Shown: piece by piece, positions 53,993 through 64,000 of the stretch
Position numbering within the stretch: the stretch's first letter is position 1
Layout: every line of letters starts with the position of its first letter
Source of the DNA: a bacterium
Lineage (GTDB): Bacteria > Patescibacteriota > Dojkabacteria > SC72
DNA length: 64,000 bases
Assembly (NCBI GenBank): GCA_022840695.1
Contig: JALHDC010000001.1
Location: 2,516 to 66,515, forward strand
Direction of reading: 5' to 3'
The notes under the pieces: model-generated
Told to the model about the DNA's origin: nothing
The model's input: the letters and a program-made list of their open reading frames with translations, nothing else
The model's database searches: none
Program-made: the position numbers and the translations under genes

Positions 53993-54072
53993 CTTAGAAA
54001 GATCAGGATCAATAACAATGGGGAAATCTTCGTTATTGTTATTAGCAGAAGGTAAATCCTCATCTAGAGAAA

Positions 54073-54510
54073 TTAACAGACAATTGCACTATCTATTCTT
54101 TTTTGAAAATCAGATATGTTGGGAGTATCTTCTTGTTTCTCTACAACAGCTTCTACCTTTGGTGTTGTTTTCTGCTTTGGAGGATTTATTCTATTGGCAT
54201 AGTTAATCTCTTCCTTCTCCCAAATGTCCTCTGTTGGGAAGGATGGAACATCTATTGTTGAAATCCCCGCTAGTTTTGCGTTCCTTAATCCAGTTGGATT
54301 TTTTATAATCTGAGCTACTAATAATTTCTCACTTTCATCTGCTGTTTCTAATAGGACTTTTAGATTAATTGGGCTAATCAAAAGATCTGTTTCTTCTGCA
54401 AAAGTGAGTACGATCCTTTCATTTTGAGAATCTAATATCGCAGTAACAATATCTGTTAATTCGTCATCCTTATTTATTACTATTTTTGTAATTTTCTTTT
54501 CTTCTTCCAT
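54073..54510 (-). CDS. Hypothetical 145-aa protein downstream of the FtsA/PilM-like gene
   Basis: Start overlaps the stop of the upstream actin-like ATPase gene (coupled); no TM helix; no motif recognised. Confidence 0.45.
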   Translation of the reverse strand: MEEEKKITKIVINKDDELTDIVTAILDSQNERIVLTFAEETDLLISPINLKVLLETADESEKLLVAQIIKNPTGLRNAKLAGISTIDVPSFPTEDIWEKEEINYANRINPPKQKTTPKVEAVVEKQEDTPNISDFQKRIDSAIVC

Positions 54511-55742
54511 TACAATTCTTTCTCTTTCATATCATATACAAATTTAGTTAATGCTGCAGGTGTAATATCAAATATGTTTCTCAAATTCCCACTATTATCC
54601 TTTATGCAATCTAGTTTCTCAGGTGTAAAAAAATCGATTTTAGGTACTACTGGAAAAGGTAGAAACTTTTTCCAAGGAAATTCTAACATAACTTCTTTCA
54701 TCTCCGGTAATAAGGATCCTCCACCACATAAATATATTTGTGTGGGAAAGGAACTAATGTCATCACAGTATGAAAGAGCGGATTTTAGTGTTTTCATCCA
54801 TAATTTAGCTACTGGATACACAATTTTCTGAACATCCCTTGAGAGTTCCCTGTTTAAAGTCTTTTGTGAATATTTAATTTTTCTTTGTTCTGCATATCTA
54901 TATTCTAAATCAAGCATTTTTGCTATTTCTTTAGTAAAAGTTCTTCCTCCAAATGCAAACATTTTAGTTTCTACAACATTTCCCTTCTCCACTACGGCAA
55001 TATCTGTTGTCCCTCCTCCGATATCTATGAAGATTGCAGAAAAATCTCTGTTTGATGATCCAGAGTATGCCCTGGCTACAGCAAAAGGTTGAGAAACTAT
55101 TCCTAATACATTTAATTGAATCTCTGAAGCCACCTTTTTTAATGCTTCTGTGTATGTTTTTGGAGCAAATGATGCATAAAAGTGTAATCGAACATCCCTC
55201 CCTTTATACCCAACTAAAGAATCAACTGGCATTCCCCCTATTTCCAATCCTGTTTGTGTAATATGTAATATCTCAATATCATCGTTAGTTAACCCAATTC
55301 TTTGGCTTAAATCTTCCTTTCCGCTTGCCTCTATCTTATGTCTAATTTGAGAAAGTATCCTTCCTTCCTCCTTTTCTGTGACTTCTTTTTCATAATTTTC
55401 TTCTCTTTGATAATTAACTACTATGGATACTCCTTGTATATATTCTCCAGCTATACCCATAACAACATTTTTAGGAAATTGTTCTTCTGGTAGGCGATCA
55501 GTTAATTCGGAAATGGCAAGTCTGCAATTCTCTAAAACAGTATCTAAATTTTTGATAATGCCACTCTTCATCGCATGTTGTTGTTGCTCTACCCTTGAAA
55601 TTTTCTTTACTTCAATACCTAAATCATTAATTGAAAAAAGTATACTCTTGAGTTGTTCTGTCCCAATATCCAAAGCCACTATGTTATCTCCCGCTCTCAG
55701 AGAACTTTTGGGAGATGTTTTCAAAAAAGGCAGATTTAGCAT
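54510..55742 (-). CDS. Actin-like ATPase of the FtsA/PilM family
   Basis: Phosphate-1 ALDIGTEQLK, phosphate-2/adenosine motifs FIDIGGGTTDIAVV and YLCGGGSLLPEM; 410 aa. No ftsZ adjacent. The downstream small TM protein could be PilN-like, so FtsA versus PilM is unresolved. Confidence 0.75.
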   Translation of the reverse strand: MLNLPFLKTSPKSSLRAGDNIVALDIGTEQLKSILFSINDLGIEVKKISRVEQQQHAMKSGIIKNLDTVLENCRLAISELTDRLPEEQFPKNVVMGIAGEYIQGVSIVVNYQREENYEKEVTEKEEGRILSQIRHKIEASGKEDLSQRIGLTNDDIEILHITQTGLEIGGMPVDSLVGYKGRDVRLHFYASFAPKTYTEALKKVASEIQLNVLGIVSQPFAVARAYSGSSNRDFSAIFIDIGGGTTDIAVVEKGNVVETKMFAFGGRTFTKEIAKMLDLEYRYAEQRKIKYSQKTLNRELSRDVQKIVYPVAKLWMKTLKSALSYCDDISSFPTQIYLCGGGSLLPEMKEVMLEFPWKKFLPFPVVPKIDFFTPEKLDCIKDNSGNLRNIFDITPAALTKFVYDMKEKEL

Positions 55743-55780
55743 ACAAAAAGTATATCATATTTGTATCTTTTAGAAAGCTT

Positions 55781-57463
55781 TTAGATTACTGCAACAAGGA
55801 TGATTGGTTCTCTTTCTGTTTTTTTGAATATCAACTTGCTTAACTGCTTCTCGATATTTTGAACGAGGATCTTTTCTTCGAATTTACCTTCTTTTAGTGA
55901 CTTTTTCTCCCAATCCCTATGTATATCGAAGATGAGATTTTGTATTTCTTTTAGTAATGATTGAGAGCTTTTTAGATATACGAAACCTCTTGAGATAAAT
56001 CTTGGTTTTCCAATAATCTTTTTATTTTTTGAACTCAAATTTAATACTACAGAAAACATCCCGTATTCTGAAAGTTGTTTTCTATCTTTTAATACAACAT
56101 CTCCTATATCTCCTACTCCTAAACCATCTATTAAGATTGGTTTTGATTCAACCTTCTTACCTTTATTCCAATAATAGCCGTCATAATTCCAAATTTGACC
56201 ATCTTCTGTTAAAAAAACCCTATTTTTATCAAAACCCCATTTAATTAAATTCTTTTTATGGAAATATCTGAATGTTAATGAACCGTGTACGGGCATGATG
56301 TATTTAGGTTGAACCATCTCTAGCATCATTTTTAAATCTTCCTGATTTCCATGTCCTGTTGAATGGACCTTAGTGTCTACATCATCCTTTATTAGATCCA
56401 CTCCGAAATCCAATATTCTATCAGTCATCCTTTCTATGGTCGTGATGTTCTCTGGAATTTCCGAAGAAGAAAGGATAACTAAATCACCTCTCTTTAATTT
56501 TATGTATTTATGTTCATTGAGAGAAATTCTATTTAATACTGCAAATCTTTCTCCTTGGCTTCCAGTACATAGTATCAAAAGCTCGTTGTCTGAATATTTG
56601 TTTATATCTCTCTCTTTTATTAAGAATTTGTCTTCTATGGTTATATATCTTTTTTCTCTAGCAATAGCTATTGCTTGATCAAGGCTTCTTCCGGATATTA
56701 ATATCTTTCTATTAGTTTTTTTTGCAATTTCTATAAGAGAATATAGTCTGGTAATCAAAGAAGAAAAAGCAGAAACAATTACTCTACCATTATGTTTAGA
56801 TATTATTTCCTCTAAATTCTTTGATATTTCAGTCTCAGATGGAGCTTTTCCAGGTGTTGATACATTAGTACTTTCCATTAGTGCTAAATCTATCTTTCCT
56901 CGTAGACCTCTAAGTTTTTCATAATCACTTTGTGGCTCATTTGCTGGTTCCTTGTCTATTTTAAAATCTCCTGAAAAGAAGATATTTCCTTTTGGAGTTT
57001 CTAAAAATATTGAAAAAGCATCTGGAATACTATGATTAATTCCTATAAAGGTTGCCTTGAAATTTCTTCCTATATTAATTCGTGATTTTCTATCTACCTC
57101 ATATATCTTAACCTTGTTTTCCATTTTATATTCTTTCATTTTTGCCTCAATTAAGGCTTTTGCAAAACCTCCCGCATATATTGGGGGATAGTTCAATTCA
57201 GGCAGTATCCACTTTAAAGCTCCAGTATGATCTAAATGACCATGTGTTATTAATATGGCCTTTACCTTCTGTTTATTTTGTCTGAGATATTTTATATTTG
57301 GTATTAAATAATCAATACCGTACATCTCGTGTCCAGGGAATGAGTACCCTGCATCTATCATAACTATTTCATCACCGTACTGAACAAAATTTGAATTTCT
57401 TCCAATCTCTGACGTTCCGGAAAGTGTACATAGTTGTAACATTTCTTTTCTATTATCTTTCAT
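55781..57463 (-). CDS. rnj: Ribonuclease J (metallo-beta-lactamase/beta-CASP)
   Basis: ITHGHLDHTGAL (HxHxDH), beta-CASP motifs and a C-terminal domain; 560 aa. Confidence 0.9.
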   Translation of the reverse strand: MKDNRKEMLQLCTLSGTSEIGRNSNFVQYGDEIVMIDAGYSFPGHEMYGIDYLIPNIKYLRQNKQKVKAILITHGHLDHTGALKWILPELNYPPIYAGGFAKALIEAKMKEYKMENKVKIYEVDRKSRINIGRNFKATFIGINHSIPDAFSIFLETPKGNIFFSGDFKIDKEPANEPQSDYEKLRGLRGKIDLALMESTNVSTPGKAPSETEISKNLEEIISKHNGRVIVSAFSSLITRLYSLIEIAKKTNRKILISGRSLDQAIAIAREKRYITIEDKFLIKERDINKYSDNELLILCTGSQGERFAVLNRISLNEHKYIKLKRGDLVILSSSEIPENITTIERMTDRILDFGVDLIKDDVDTKVHSTGHGNQEDLKMMLEMVQPKYIMPVHGSLTFRYFHKKNLIKWGFDKNRVFLTEDGQIWNYDGYYWNKGKKVESKPILIDGLGVGDIGDVVLKDRKQLSEYGMFSVVLNLSSKNKKIIGKPRFISRGFVYLKSSQSLLKEIQNLIFDIHRDWEKKSLKEGKFEEKILVQNIEKQLSKLIFKKTEREPIILVAVI

Positions 57464-57651
57464 CTTTTATCTAATTATATTATCTATACCCTCTTCAAAC
57501 CATTATACAGGTTTCGAAGAAGATCTGTTTTGGGAAGGGGAAATCTTTAAGATATGTATATTCTATCACAGAGATCGTTATATGACCAGGGTCGGACGAG
57601 GGTCAGGCCTCCTCCTTCCGTAGGGTTGTGCTACCAAAGCTTTTGGAAAAG

Positions 57652-57674
57652 GGGGACAGAGGAGGGTCAGACCC
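57652..57674. repeat. 23-nt GC-rich motif GGGGACAGAGGAGGGTCAGACCC (copy 2)
   Basis: Matches 20821..20843 except for the central nucleotide; lies in the rnj/valS divergent intergenic region; preceded by CAGGGTCGGACGAGGGTCAGGCC and followed by CCCCAAAGGGG. Confidence 0.6.
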
Positions 57675-57710
57675 CAAAGGGGATTGTGATATAATTGGGA
57701 TTATTGATAT

Positions 57711-59963
57711 ATGAAGGAAGAATTACCAAAATCATACAATTCGGATGTGGAAGTTGAGATATATTCTCTTTGGGAGGGTTCTGGCCTTTCAAATCCAGAT
57801 AATATGGCAAAATATCTTAAAGAAGCTGGATATGATGTTAAAAAACCCTTTACCATAACTCTTCCTCCTCCTAATGCTAATGGGAATCTTCATTTGGGAC
57901 ATGTATGTGGGTATTCTTTTCATGATGTGATGGGTCGATATATGAGAATGACTGGACATCCCACCCTACTTCTTCCTGGAAAAGATCATGCTGGGATACA
58001 AACAGAGAGTGTTTTTACAAAGATTCTGGAAAAGGAAGGAAAAAGTAAAAGTGAAATGGGAAGAGAGGAATTTTTTAGAAGAAGTTATGAATTTTGTACA
58101 GAGAATGCAAAAAATGCAAGAGAACAAGAGAAGAGGATTGGTCTCTCAGCAGATTATAGTAGAGAGTTTTTCACTTTAGATCCTAGATTGACGAAAATTG
58201 TTTATGAAACATTTTATAAAATGTTTGAAGAAGGGTTGGTATATAGGGATAAAAGGATAATTAATCAATGTCCGAATTGCCATACTGCATTGGCAGATGT
58301 TGATACTGAGCATGAAGAAAGAAGGGGAATATTCGCATATATTAAATATCCAATTGTTGGGAAAGATAAAGAATATATTACTGTTGCAACCACTAGACCG
58401 GAAACTATGCTTGGAGATACTGCAGTTGCAGTTAATCCAAACGATGAGAGGTATAAGGATTTGGTTGGGAAAAAGGTAATATTGCCAATAGCTAATAGAG
58501 AAATTCCAGTAATAGCAGATGAAAGTATTGATATGGAGTTAGGGACAGGGGCTCTTAAGGTAACACCAGCTCATTCTCCAATAGATTTCGAGTTAGGTAA
58601 AAGGTATGGTCTTGAGGTTCGTAATGTTATTAATGAAAATGCCAAGATGGAGGGAGATATTCCTGAACGATTTAAAGGTATGGGTACAATAGAATGTTCC
58701 AAAGCCTTATGCGAAGAATTAGAAAAAGAAGGATTATTGGAAAAAATAGAGAATATTAAGCATGATGTCATGATTTGTGAGAGGTGTAAAACTCTTATAG
58801 AGCCAATAATTTCTAATCAATGGTATTTAGATGTAAAACCTCTTGCTGATAAAGCTTTGGAAGAGATAAGGAAGGGCAATATTAAGGTTATTCCAATTGG
58901 ACAACAGAAAGCTTTAGAACATTTTTATGAAAATATTGAACCTTGGTGTATATCTAGACAATTATGGTGGGGCCAAAGAATTCCTGTTTGGTACAGTGGA
59001 GGAAAGAAATTATATGATTGGTTACAGGAAAATGAAGGAAAAGGTGTGGATGATTATGAAAATGAGACTGGAGAAGAAGCTACAGGTACAGGAAAGATTC
59101 ATTTAGGAGAGGAACAACCAAATGTAGAGAATAATGAAATATGGGAACAGGATGAGGATGTTTTTGATACATGGTTTAGTTCGGGACAGTGGCCTTTCTC
59201 AACCTTAGGTGGGCCAGAGGGAGAGGATTTTAAAAAATACTACCCTACTCAAGTAATGACTCATGCTAGAGACATTCTTTTCTGGTGGTCAGCAAGAATG
59301 ATAATGATGGGAATATATAAAACTGGAGAAGTTCCGTATAACACGGTATTTCTTACCGGTATGATCTTGGCTGCAGATGGCTCTAAGATGTCAAAGAGCA
59401 AAGGGAATGGTGTTGAGCCAAAGGAAATCTTTGAAAAGTATGGAGCAGATTCTTTAAGAATGTGGTATTACTCGGATGCTCTACCCGGATCTAATGCACC
59501 ATTGAGGGAGGAAAAGATAAAGGGGAATAGAAATTTTGTTAATAAAATATGGAATGCCAGTAGATTTATAGTAATGAATATAGATGATAAAGAAATGGGG
59601 GAAATTTCAAATTTTAAGATTACCGAAAGTGAAAGAATTAACATAACAAAAGATCATATAGGTAAGGTGAGTAGGTATATGGAGAAGTATCAATTTAACT
59701 TAGGGGCGGAGGCCATTAGGGAGTTCTTCTGGCATCAGTTATGTGATGTATGGATAGAGGAAATAAAGAATGATATTAAGGATGAAGGGATAGGTAGTGA
59801 AAAGAGAATAAAATCGTTATCAGAATTGTTGTATATATTGAAAGAAAATCTAAAGATAATGCATCCATTTGTACCTTTTGTTACCGAAGCTGTATGGCAA
59901 GAGCTAGTAAAGTTAGGTTTGGCTGATGGTATATTAATGTCTCAGCAAATGATGTCCCATTAG
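57711..59963 (+). CDS. valS: Valyl-tRNA synthetase (compact, without C-terminal coiled coil)
   Basis: HIGH region PPPNANGNLHLGH, KMSKS (SKMSKSKGN), and the ValRS-type block DVFDTWFSSGQWPFSTLGGPE...DILFWWSARMIMMG; 750 aa. Confidence 0.9.
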   Translation: MKEELPKSYNSDVEVEIYSLWEGSGLSNPDNMAKYLKEAGYDVKKPFTITLPPPNANGNLHLGHVCGYSFHDVMGRYMRMTGHPTLLLPGKDHAGIQTESVFTKILEKEGKSKSEMGREEFFRRSYEFCTENAKNAREQEKRIGLSADYSREFFTLDPRLTKIVYETFYKMFEEGLVYRDKRIINQCPNCHTALADVDTEHEERRGIFAYIKYPIVGKDKEYITVATTRPETMLGDTAVAVNPNDERYKDLVGKKVILPIANREIPVIADESIDMELGTGALKVTPAHSPIDFELGKRYGLEVRNVINENAKMEGDIPERFKGMGTIECSKALCEELEKEGLLEKIENIKHDVMICERCKTLIEPIISNQWYLDVKPLADKALEEIRKGNIKVIPIGQQKALEHFYENIEPWCISRQLWWGQRIPVWYSGGKKLYDWLQENEGKGVDDYENETGEEATGTGKIHLGEEQPNVENNEIWEQDEDVFDTWFSSGQWPFSTLGGPEGEDFKKYYPTQVMTHARDILFWWSARMIMMGIYKTGEVPYNTVFLTGMILAADGSKMSKSKGNGVEPKEIFEKYGADSLRMWYYSDALPGSNAPLREEKIKGNRNFVNKIWNASRFIVMNIDDKEMGEISNFKITESERINITKDHIGKVSRYMEKYQFNLGAEAIREFFWHQLCDVWIEEIKNDIKDEGIGSEKRIKSLSELLYILKENLKIMHPFVPFVTEAVWQELVKLGLADGILMSQQMMSH

Positions 59964-60049
59964 GGACATATATTTCTCACTATAACGAAATAAGTATATA
60001 ATCTAAGCATAGATTATATTTTTAATCTAATTTTGAAACTGAACTATTA

Positions 60050-61495
60050 ATGAATAATAAAAAACTATACATAACAACTACTCTCCCCTATGTTAATGCT
60101 GAACCACACATCGGTCATGCCTTAGAATTTGTACAGGCAGATGCAATATCTAGATATTTTAAACAAAAATTGGGTAGGGATAATGTTTTTTTTAATGTTG
60201 GAACAGATGAACATGGACAAAAGATGCTAGAACATGCAAAAAAAGAGGGATTAGATGTTAAAGATTTTGTAGATAAGTACTCTCAAAGATTCAAAGACTA
60301 CTGTAAACTATTTTTTGTTGAATATGACAGTTTTTATAGAACTTCTAACAAAGAACATCATAAAGCTGCTCAGGAATTTTGGAAAAGATGTGAAGAGAAT
60401 GGAGATATATACAAGAAAAAATACAGTGGGTGGTATTGTGTAGGGTGTGAGAGATTTATTACAGAAAAGGAATTGGTTGATGGCAAATGCCCTGACCATG
60501 CCAAAGTTCCCGAGCTTAAGGAGGAGGAAAACTACTTTTTTAAGTTATCTAAATATAAAGATTCATTACTGAATTGGTTAGATGAAAATCCTGATGTATT
60601 AAAGCCTAAGAGTAAATTGCAGGAGTTAAAGGGGATAATTGCAGATATAGAAGATATTAGTATTTCTAGATTAAGAGAGAATCTTCCATGGGGAATAGAG
60701 GTTCCAAACGATCCAGAACAGGTTCTTTATGTTTGGTTTGATGCATTAACCAATTATGTAAATGTATTAGGTTTTGGCAGTGATGAAAAGAGATTAAATG
60801 AATGGTGGCCAGGAATTCAACTATTTGGTCCTGATAATTTAAGATTTCAAGGTTGTATCTGGCAAGGAATGTTGGCATCCATTGGATTACCACATACTCA
60901 AAAGCTTTTAGAACACGGAATGATTTTAGGACCAGATGGAAGAAAAATGGCTAAAACATTAGGTAATGTAATATCTCCATTTGATCAAGAAGAAAAGTAT
61001 GGAGCTGAAATAGTTAGATTCTACCTTCTAACAGGTATAGTTACCTATGGGGACAGCCCCTACAAGGAGGATGATTTAGTTAATATGTATAATTCAAGAT
61101 TAGCTAATAATTTTGGAAACCTACTTAACAGAGTAATACATCTTTCAAATAGTAGAGAGGTAGAAATTAATGACGAATCTAAGATTGAGAAAGATTTTAA
61201 GGATAAGGTTGATCAGTATGAGGGTGAGATACAAAAACTGTATGAAGATTATGAAATAGCTCTTGCAGGAGAGAAAATAGATTCTTTAGCAGATTGGGGG
61301 AATAAATATATTACCGAAAAGGAGCCTTGGAGTAAGGATATGGACAAGGAGAATGTTCAGAATATCTTAAATAACCTTAGTTATCTACTAAGTATAGTCA
61401 TTAAGTACTACATTCCCATAATTCCTGTCAGTTGTGAAAAAGCCAAGGAGGCATTAGAGAAAAAAGAGACAATAATACTGTTTAATAAGATTTAG
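60050..61495 (+). CDS. metG: Methionyl-tRNA synthetase (core, no C-terminal tRNA-binding domain)
   Basis: TTTLPYVNAEPHIGHA (HIGH), zinc-knuckle cysteines CVGCERF...CPDH, KMSKS-like KMAKTLGN; 481 aa. Confidence 0.9.
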   Translation: MNNKKLYITTTLPYVNAEPHIGHALEFVQADAISRYFKQKLGRDNVFFNVGTDEHGQKMLEHAKKEGLDVKDFVDKYSQRFKDYCKLFFVEYDSFYRTSNKEHHKAAQEFWKRCEENGDIYKKKYSGWYCVGCERFITEKELVDGKCPDHAKVPELKEEENYFFKLSKYKDSLLNWLDENPDVLKPKSKLQELKGIIADIEDISISRLRENLPWGIEVPNDPEQVLYVWFDALTNYVNVLGFGSDEKRLNEWWPGIQLFGPDNLRFQGCIWQGMLASIGLPHTQKLLEHGMILGPDGRKMAKTLGNVISPFDQEEKYGAEIVRFYLLTGIVTYGDSPYKEDDLVNMYNSRLANNFGNLLNRVIHLSNSREVEINDESKIEKDFKDKVDQYEGEIQKLYEDYEIALAGEKIDSLADWGNKYITEKEPWSKDMDKENVQNILNNLSYLLSIVIKYYIPIIPVSCEKAKEALEKKETIILFNKI

Positions 61496-61546
61496 TATAT
61501 TTAAATATATGCTATACTAAAATTATTAAAAAGATAAAACTGCCTA

Positions 61547-62104
61547 ATGTTTAAAACGGATAAACAACCAAAATCCATTAATTTCTTAGATGCACTATAT
61601 TCTCCTAATGATCTTTGGGCAAATGCATATGTTTGGCTTGTTAATATAGGAAAATATCTTCTGATATTTGTTCAAGTTGTGGTTTTGATTGTTTTTTTCT
61701 CTAGGTTTGTACTAGATAGAAAAAATAATGACCTTACAGAGGAGATTAATAATAAGGTTGTATTGTTATCCAATGAAAATTGGAAGAAGAATTCTGCTCT
61801 TTTTGAAAACTACCAATCTCTTTTACTAGACAGTAAAAAAGTTAGAGAAGGTCAGCAAATTAACTCCACAGTAGTTAGTGAGTTAATAAATGGTGTCCCC
61901 TCTTCGCTTAAGTTAGAAAATTTTACCTTTAATGAGGGAAAGGTTTCTTTTCATTTAACAACATCAAATTTAGATGCTGTTAATAATTATGAATCTGCTT
62001 TGAAAAATAACCCTAACTATTACGATGTTAGATTTTCTATTAGTAAAGATAGGACAGAGGTTAGTGTAAGAGTTACCTTTAATCTTTATCCTGCAACAAA
62101 ATAA
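61547..62104 (+). CDS. PilN-like bitopic membrane protein (tentative)
   Basis: Short cytoplasmic N-terminus, one TM (YLLIFVQVVVLIVFF), periplasmic-type C-terminal domain; architecture only. Confidence 0.35.
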   Translation: MFKTDKQPKSINFLDALYSPNDLWANAYVWLVNIGKYLLIFVQVVVLIVFFSRFVLDRKNNDLTEEINNKVVLLSNENWKKNSALFENYQSLLLDSKKVREGQQINSTVVSELINGVPSSLKLENFTFNEGKVSFHLTTSNLDAVNNYESALKNNPNYYDVRFSISKDRTEVSVRVTFNLYPATK

Positions 62105-62718
62105 TGAAGGAAAAGAATATTAATACAACAGAATATATCAAAATTATTAAAGAATCTCCTGAAAAGAAGAAGTCATATATATTTTTTGGATTTTCGGTAT
62201 TTGTAATGATAATTTTAATCGCATTTGCAATTAGACCAACGATTTTGACTATAACGAGGATAAATAAAGAAATAAAAGAGAAGAGTACAGTTAATTCTCT
62301 CTTAAAAAAGAAGATAGAAACTTTGAGTGAATTAGATAAACAGTATGCTACAGAAAGAAAGAATTTTGATAATTTAGAATTAATATTTCCAGCAGATGGG
62401 AATTTCAGTCTATTTATGTCAAATATAGATGCAGTAGCTGCTAGAAATGGTTTTGCTTTAATGGCTGTTAATTTTGATAATTACAAAGGAGATAGTTTTA
62501 ATGTTGCTACAAAGGTCTTGGTCCCAAAGGCAGTGAGATTAAGTATCAAGGGGAAGGATTCTAATCTGATCAACCTACTCCGAGATTTAGAGGCATTACC
62601 AATGTATCCCGTGGTTGAGTCAGTATCATTCTCTACCCAAAGGGATAAGGATAATTTGAATTCATTTAGTTTGAATTTAAGAATATACAATATAGAGAAT
62701 AATAATTTTTACAAATAG
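62104..62718 (+). CDS. PilO-like bitopic membrane protein (tentative)
   Basis: TM FFGFSVFVMIILIAFAI followed by a coiled coil and an alpha/beta domain; start overlaps the previous stop. Confidence 0.35.
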   Translation: MKEKNINTTEYIKIIKESPEKKKSYIFFGFSVFVMIILIAFAIRPTILTITRINKEIKEKSTVNSLLKKKIETLSELDKQYATERKNFDNLELIFPADGNFSLFMSNIDAVAARNGFALMAVNFDNYKGDSFNVATKVLVPKAVRLSIKGKDSNLINLLRDLEALPMYPVVESVSFSTQRDKDNLNSFSLNLRIYNIENNNFYK

Positions 62719-62722
62719 AGGT

Positions 62723-62965
62723 ATGGATATAATTAAAAAATCTATGTTTGTTTTAATACTCCTTTTGGTAGTTGTTTTAGCCTGGATAGGTTCTTCTATA
62801 TATTTTCAAAATAGTAATATAGATATAAATCCTAATGCTAATTCATACACAAGTCAGATTAAAAACCAATTTGATTTAGCAGAATTAGAAATGATAACAG
62901 AGAGAACAGGTAAAAGTTTTCCTGTTTCTCCTGAAGAATTTCTTTCTTTAATAGGTAGAGATTAG
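62723..62965 (+). CDS. Small bitopic membrane protein (80 aa)
   Basis: [23 protein letters not shown]; third gene of the PilN/PilO-like cluster. Confidence 0.3.
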   Translation: MDIIKKSMFVLILLLVVVLAWIGSSIYFQNSNIDINPNANSYTSQIKNQFDLAELEMITERTGKSFPVSPEEFLSLIGRD

Positions 62966-64000
62966 TCTATATAGTCGTCTAACTTCTGTTGTGCAGACTT
63001 TTCCTTTAGCTTCTTTAATGCTTTTGCTTCTATCTGTCTTATTCTTTCTCTAGTTACTCCGAATTCTTTCCCAACTTCCTCCAATGTTCTAGATACACCA
63101 TCATCTAAACCAAATCTTAATGAAAGCACTCGTCTTTCTCTGTCTTGTAGACTATCAAGAATCTCATGTAACTGATTCTTTAAATATTCTCCTGTTGCAT
63201 AATCTTCTGGAGACTGTGACCAATCATCTGGGATAATATCTTGTAATTTACTATCTTTCTCCTCTCCTATTGGAGTTGCGAGTGATGTAGGATTCTGTTT
63301 AATTTTTCTTATCTCAGCAATCTTTTCTATCTCTATATCCATCTCTTTTGCAATTTCCTCATCTGTAGCAGGTCTTCCCAGTTTTGTAGCCAATGTATTA
63401 CTGACTTTATTAAACTTGTTTATTGTTTCGATCATATGTACAGGGACTCTGATAGTTCTTGCTTGATCAGCAATAGCTCTTGTAATAGCTTGTCTAATCC
63501 ACCATGTAGCATATGTAGAAAACTTAAAACCTTTTTTATAATCAAACTTCTCTACTGCTCTCATTAAACCTATATTTCCCTCCTGTATGAGGTCTAAGAG
63601 TTCTAAATTACTCTTACTGTATTTCTTTGCTATACTTACAACCAATCTTAGGTTTGCAGTAATTAATAGTTGTGATGCTTCGTTATCTCCTTTTTCTATT
63701 CTTTTTGCTAATATTACTTCTTCCTCACCTGTGAGTAATGGAATTCTCCCTATTTCATAAAGATATGATCGTATTGCATCTGTTGATATATTGGTCTGTA
63801 TATTTTTTAGGATTCGGATTTTTCCTTCAAGTGTTAGTTCCTCTTTTGCATTAGTCTCGATATCATCCTCTGGTTCTAAAACCTCTATCTCATTTTCTTG
63901 TAACTTTTCAAAAATTTCATCCAGAAGTTCGATATCTTCCTCTATTGTAGGAAAAACATCTAAAAGATCCTCTTGTGTAAGGAAACCTCTTTCTTTTCCC
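62962..64000 (-). CDS. rpoD: RNA polymerase sigma-70 factor (RpoD/SigA), 5' end beyond the window
   Basis: Region 2 [11 protein letters not shown]...[60 protein letters not shown] and region 4 [27 protein letters not shown]. The frame continues open upstream of the track's internal start at 63645 to the window end. Confidence 0.9.
   Translation of the reverse strand, partial: GKERGFLTQEDLLDVFPTIEEDIELLDEIFEKLQENEIEVLEPEDDIETNAKEELTLEGKIRILKNIQTNISTDAIRSYLYEIGRIPLLTGEEEVILAKRIEKGDNEASQLLITANLRLVVSIAKKYSKSNLELLDLIQEGNIGLMRAVEKFDYKKGFKFSTYATWWIRQAITRAIADQARTIRVPVHMIETINKFNKVSNTLATKLGRPATDEEIAKEMDIEIEKIAEIRKIKQNPTSLATPIGEEKDSKLQDIIPDDWSQSPEDYATGEYLKNQLHEILDSLQDRERRVLSLRFGLDDGVSRTLEEVGKEFGVTRERIRQIEAKALKKLKEKSAQQKLDDYID

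Noticed and set aside
20821-57674. The two 23-nt GC-rich repeats as attL/attR of a 37-kb integrated element
   Set aside because: The interval between them contains dnaA, dnaN, oriC-like DnaA boxes, rpmH-rnpA-yidC and many core genes, so it cannot be a mobile insert. The motif is more likely a regulatory site or small RNA element.
57585-57700. SRP RNA (4.5S/ffs), RNase P RNA or T-box leader in the GC-rich rnj/valS intergenic region
   Set aside because: No GGAA tetraloop/AGCAGCC domain IV signature for SRP RNA, no GGAAAGUCCGG/ACAGAA P4 elements for RNase P RNA, and no T-box (AGGGUGGNACCGCG) were seen on either strand.
1-64000. CRISPR arrays, rRNA operons, transposases/IS elements
   Set aside because: No regularly spaced direct repeats, no rRNA-like conserved stretches and no DDE/HUH transposase motifs were seen in any frame.

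Overview
This is a low-GC (~33%) bacterial chromosomal segment. The gene content (small, mostly minus-strand housekeeping genes, many secreted or membrane proteins, pilus-like genes) suggests a reduced-genome Patescibacteria/CPR-like organism; that placement is an inference from gene content only.

Housekeeping content: the window contains the replication-origin neighbourhood, with rpmH-rnpA-yidD-yidC-jag transcribed divergently from dnaA-dnaN and DnaA boxes in the flanking intergenic regions. Other housekeeping genes are an ATP-dependent DNA ligase, polA, ftsH, efp, a Xer-type tyrosine recombinase, smpB, nfo, a SpoU methyltransferase, cutA, RNase J, valS, metG and a partial rpoD at the 3' edge.

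RNA genes, called by eye: eight tRNAs (Met-CAT, initiator fMet, Ile-TAT, Ser-GCT, Ser-CGA, Ser-GGA, Arg-TCT) and a tmRNA (ssrA) with the G3-U70 pair and a long, unusual tag.

Accessory content of interest:
- a VirB4/VirD4-superfamily T4SS-type ATPase;
- an array of five tandem VirB2/TrbC-like small membrane 'pilin' paralogs;
- a tRNA-bounded block of three large secreted or polytopic membrane proteins, including a possible VirB6/TrbL-like protein;
- a ClpP-family protease gene flanked by an 18-nt direct repeat of a tRNA-Ser 3' end (mini integrated-element remnant);
- a RelE/ParE-type toxin-antitoxin pair beside ssrA;
- tandem and divergent paralog families of membrane-anchored proteins;
- a large (>=641 aa within the window) Cys-rich secreted protein that runs off the 5' window edge and is missing from the ORF track;
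- a 23-nt GC-rich palindromic-core motif repeated in two intergenic regions;
- a frameshifted gene.

No CRISPR array, rRNA or transposase was seen.
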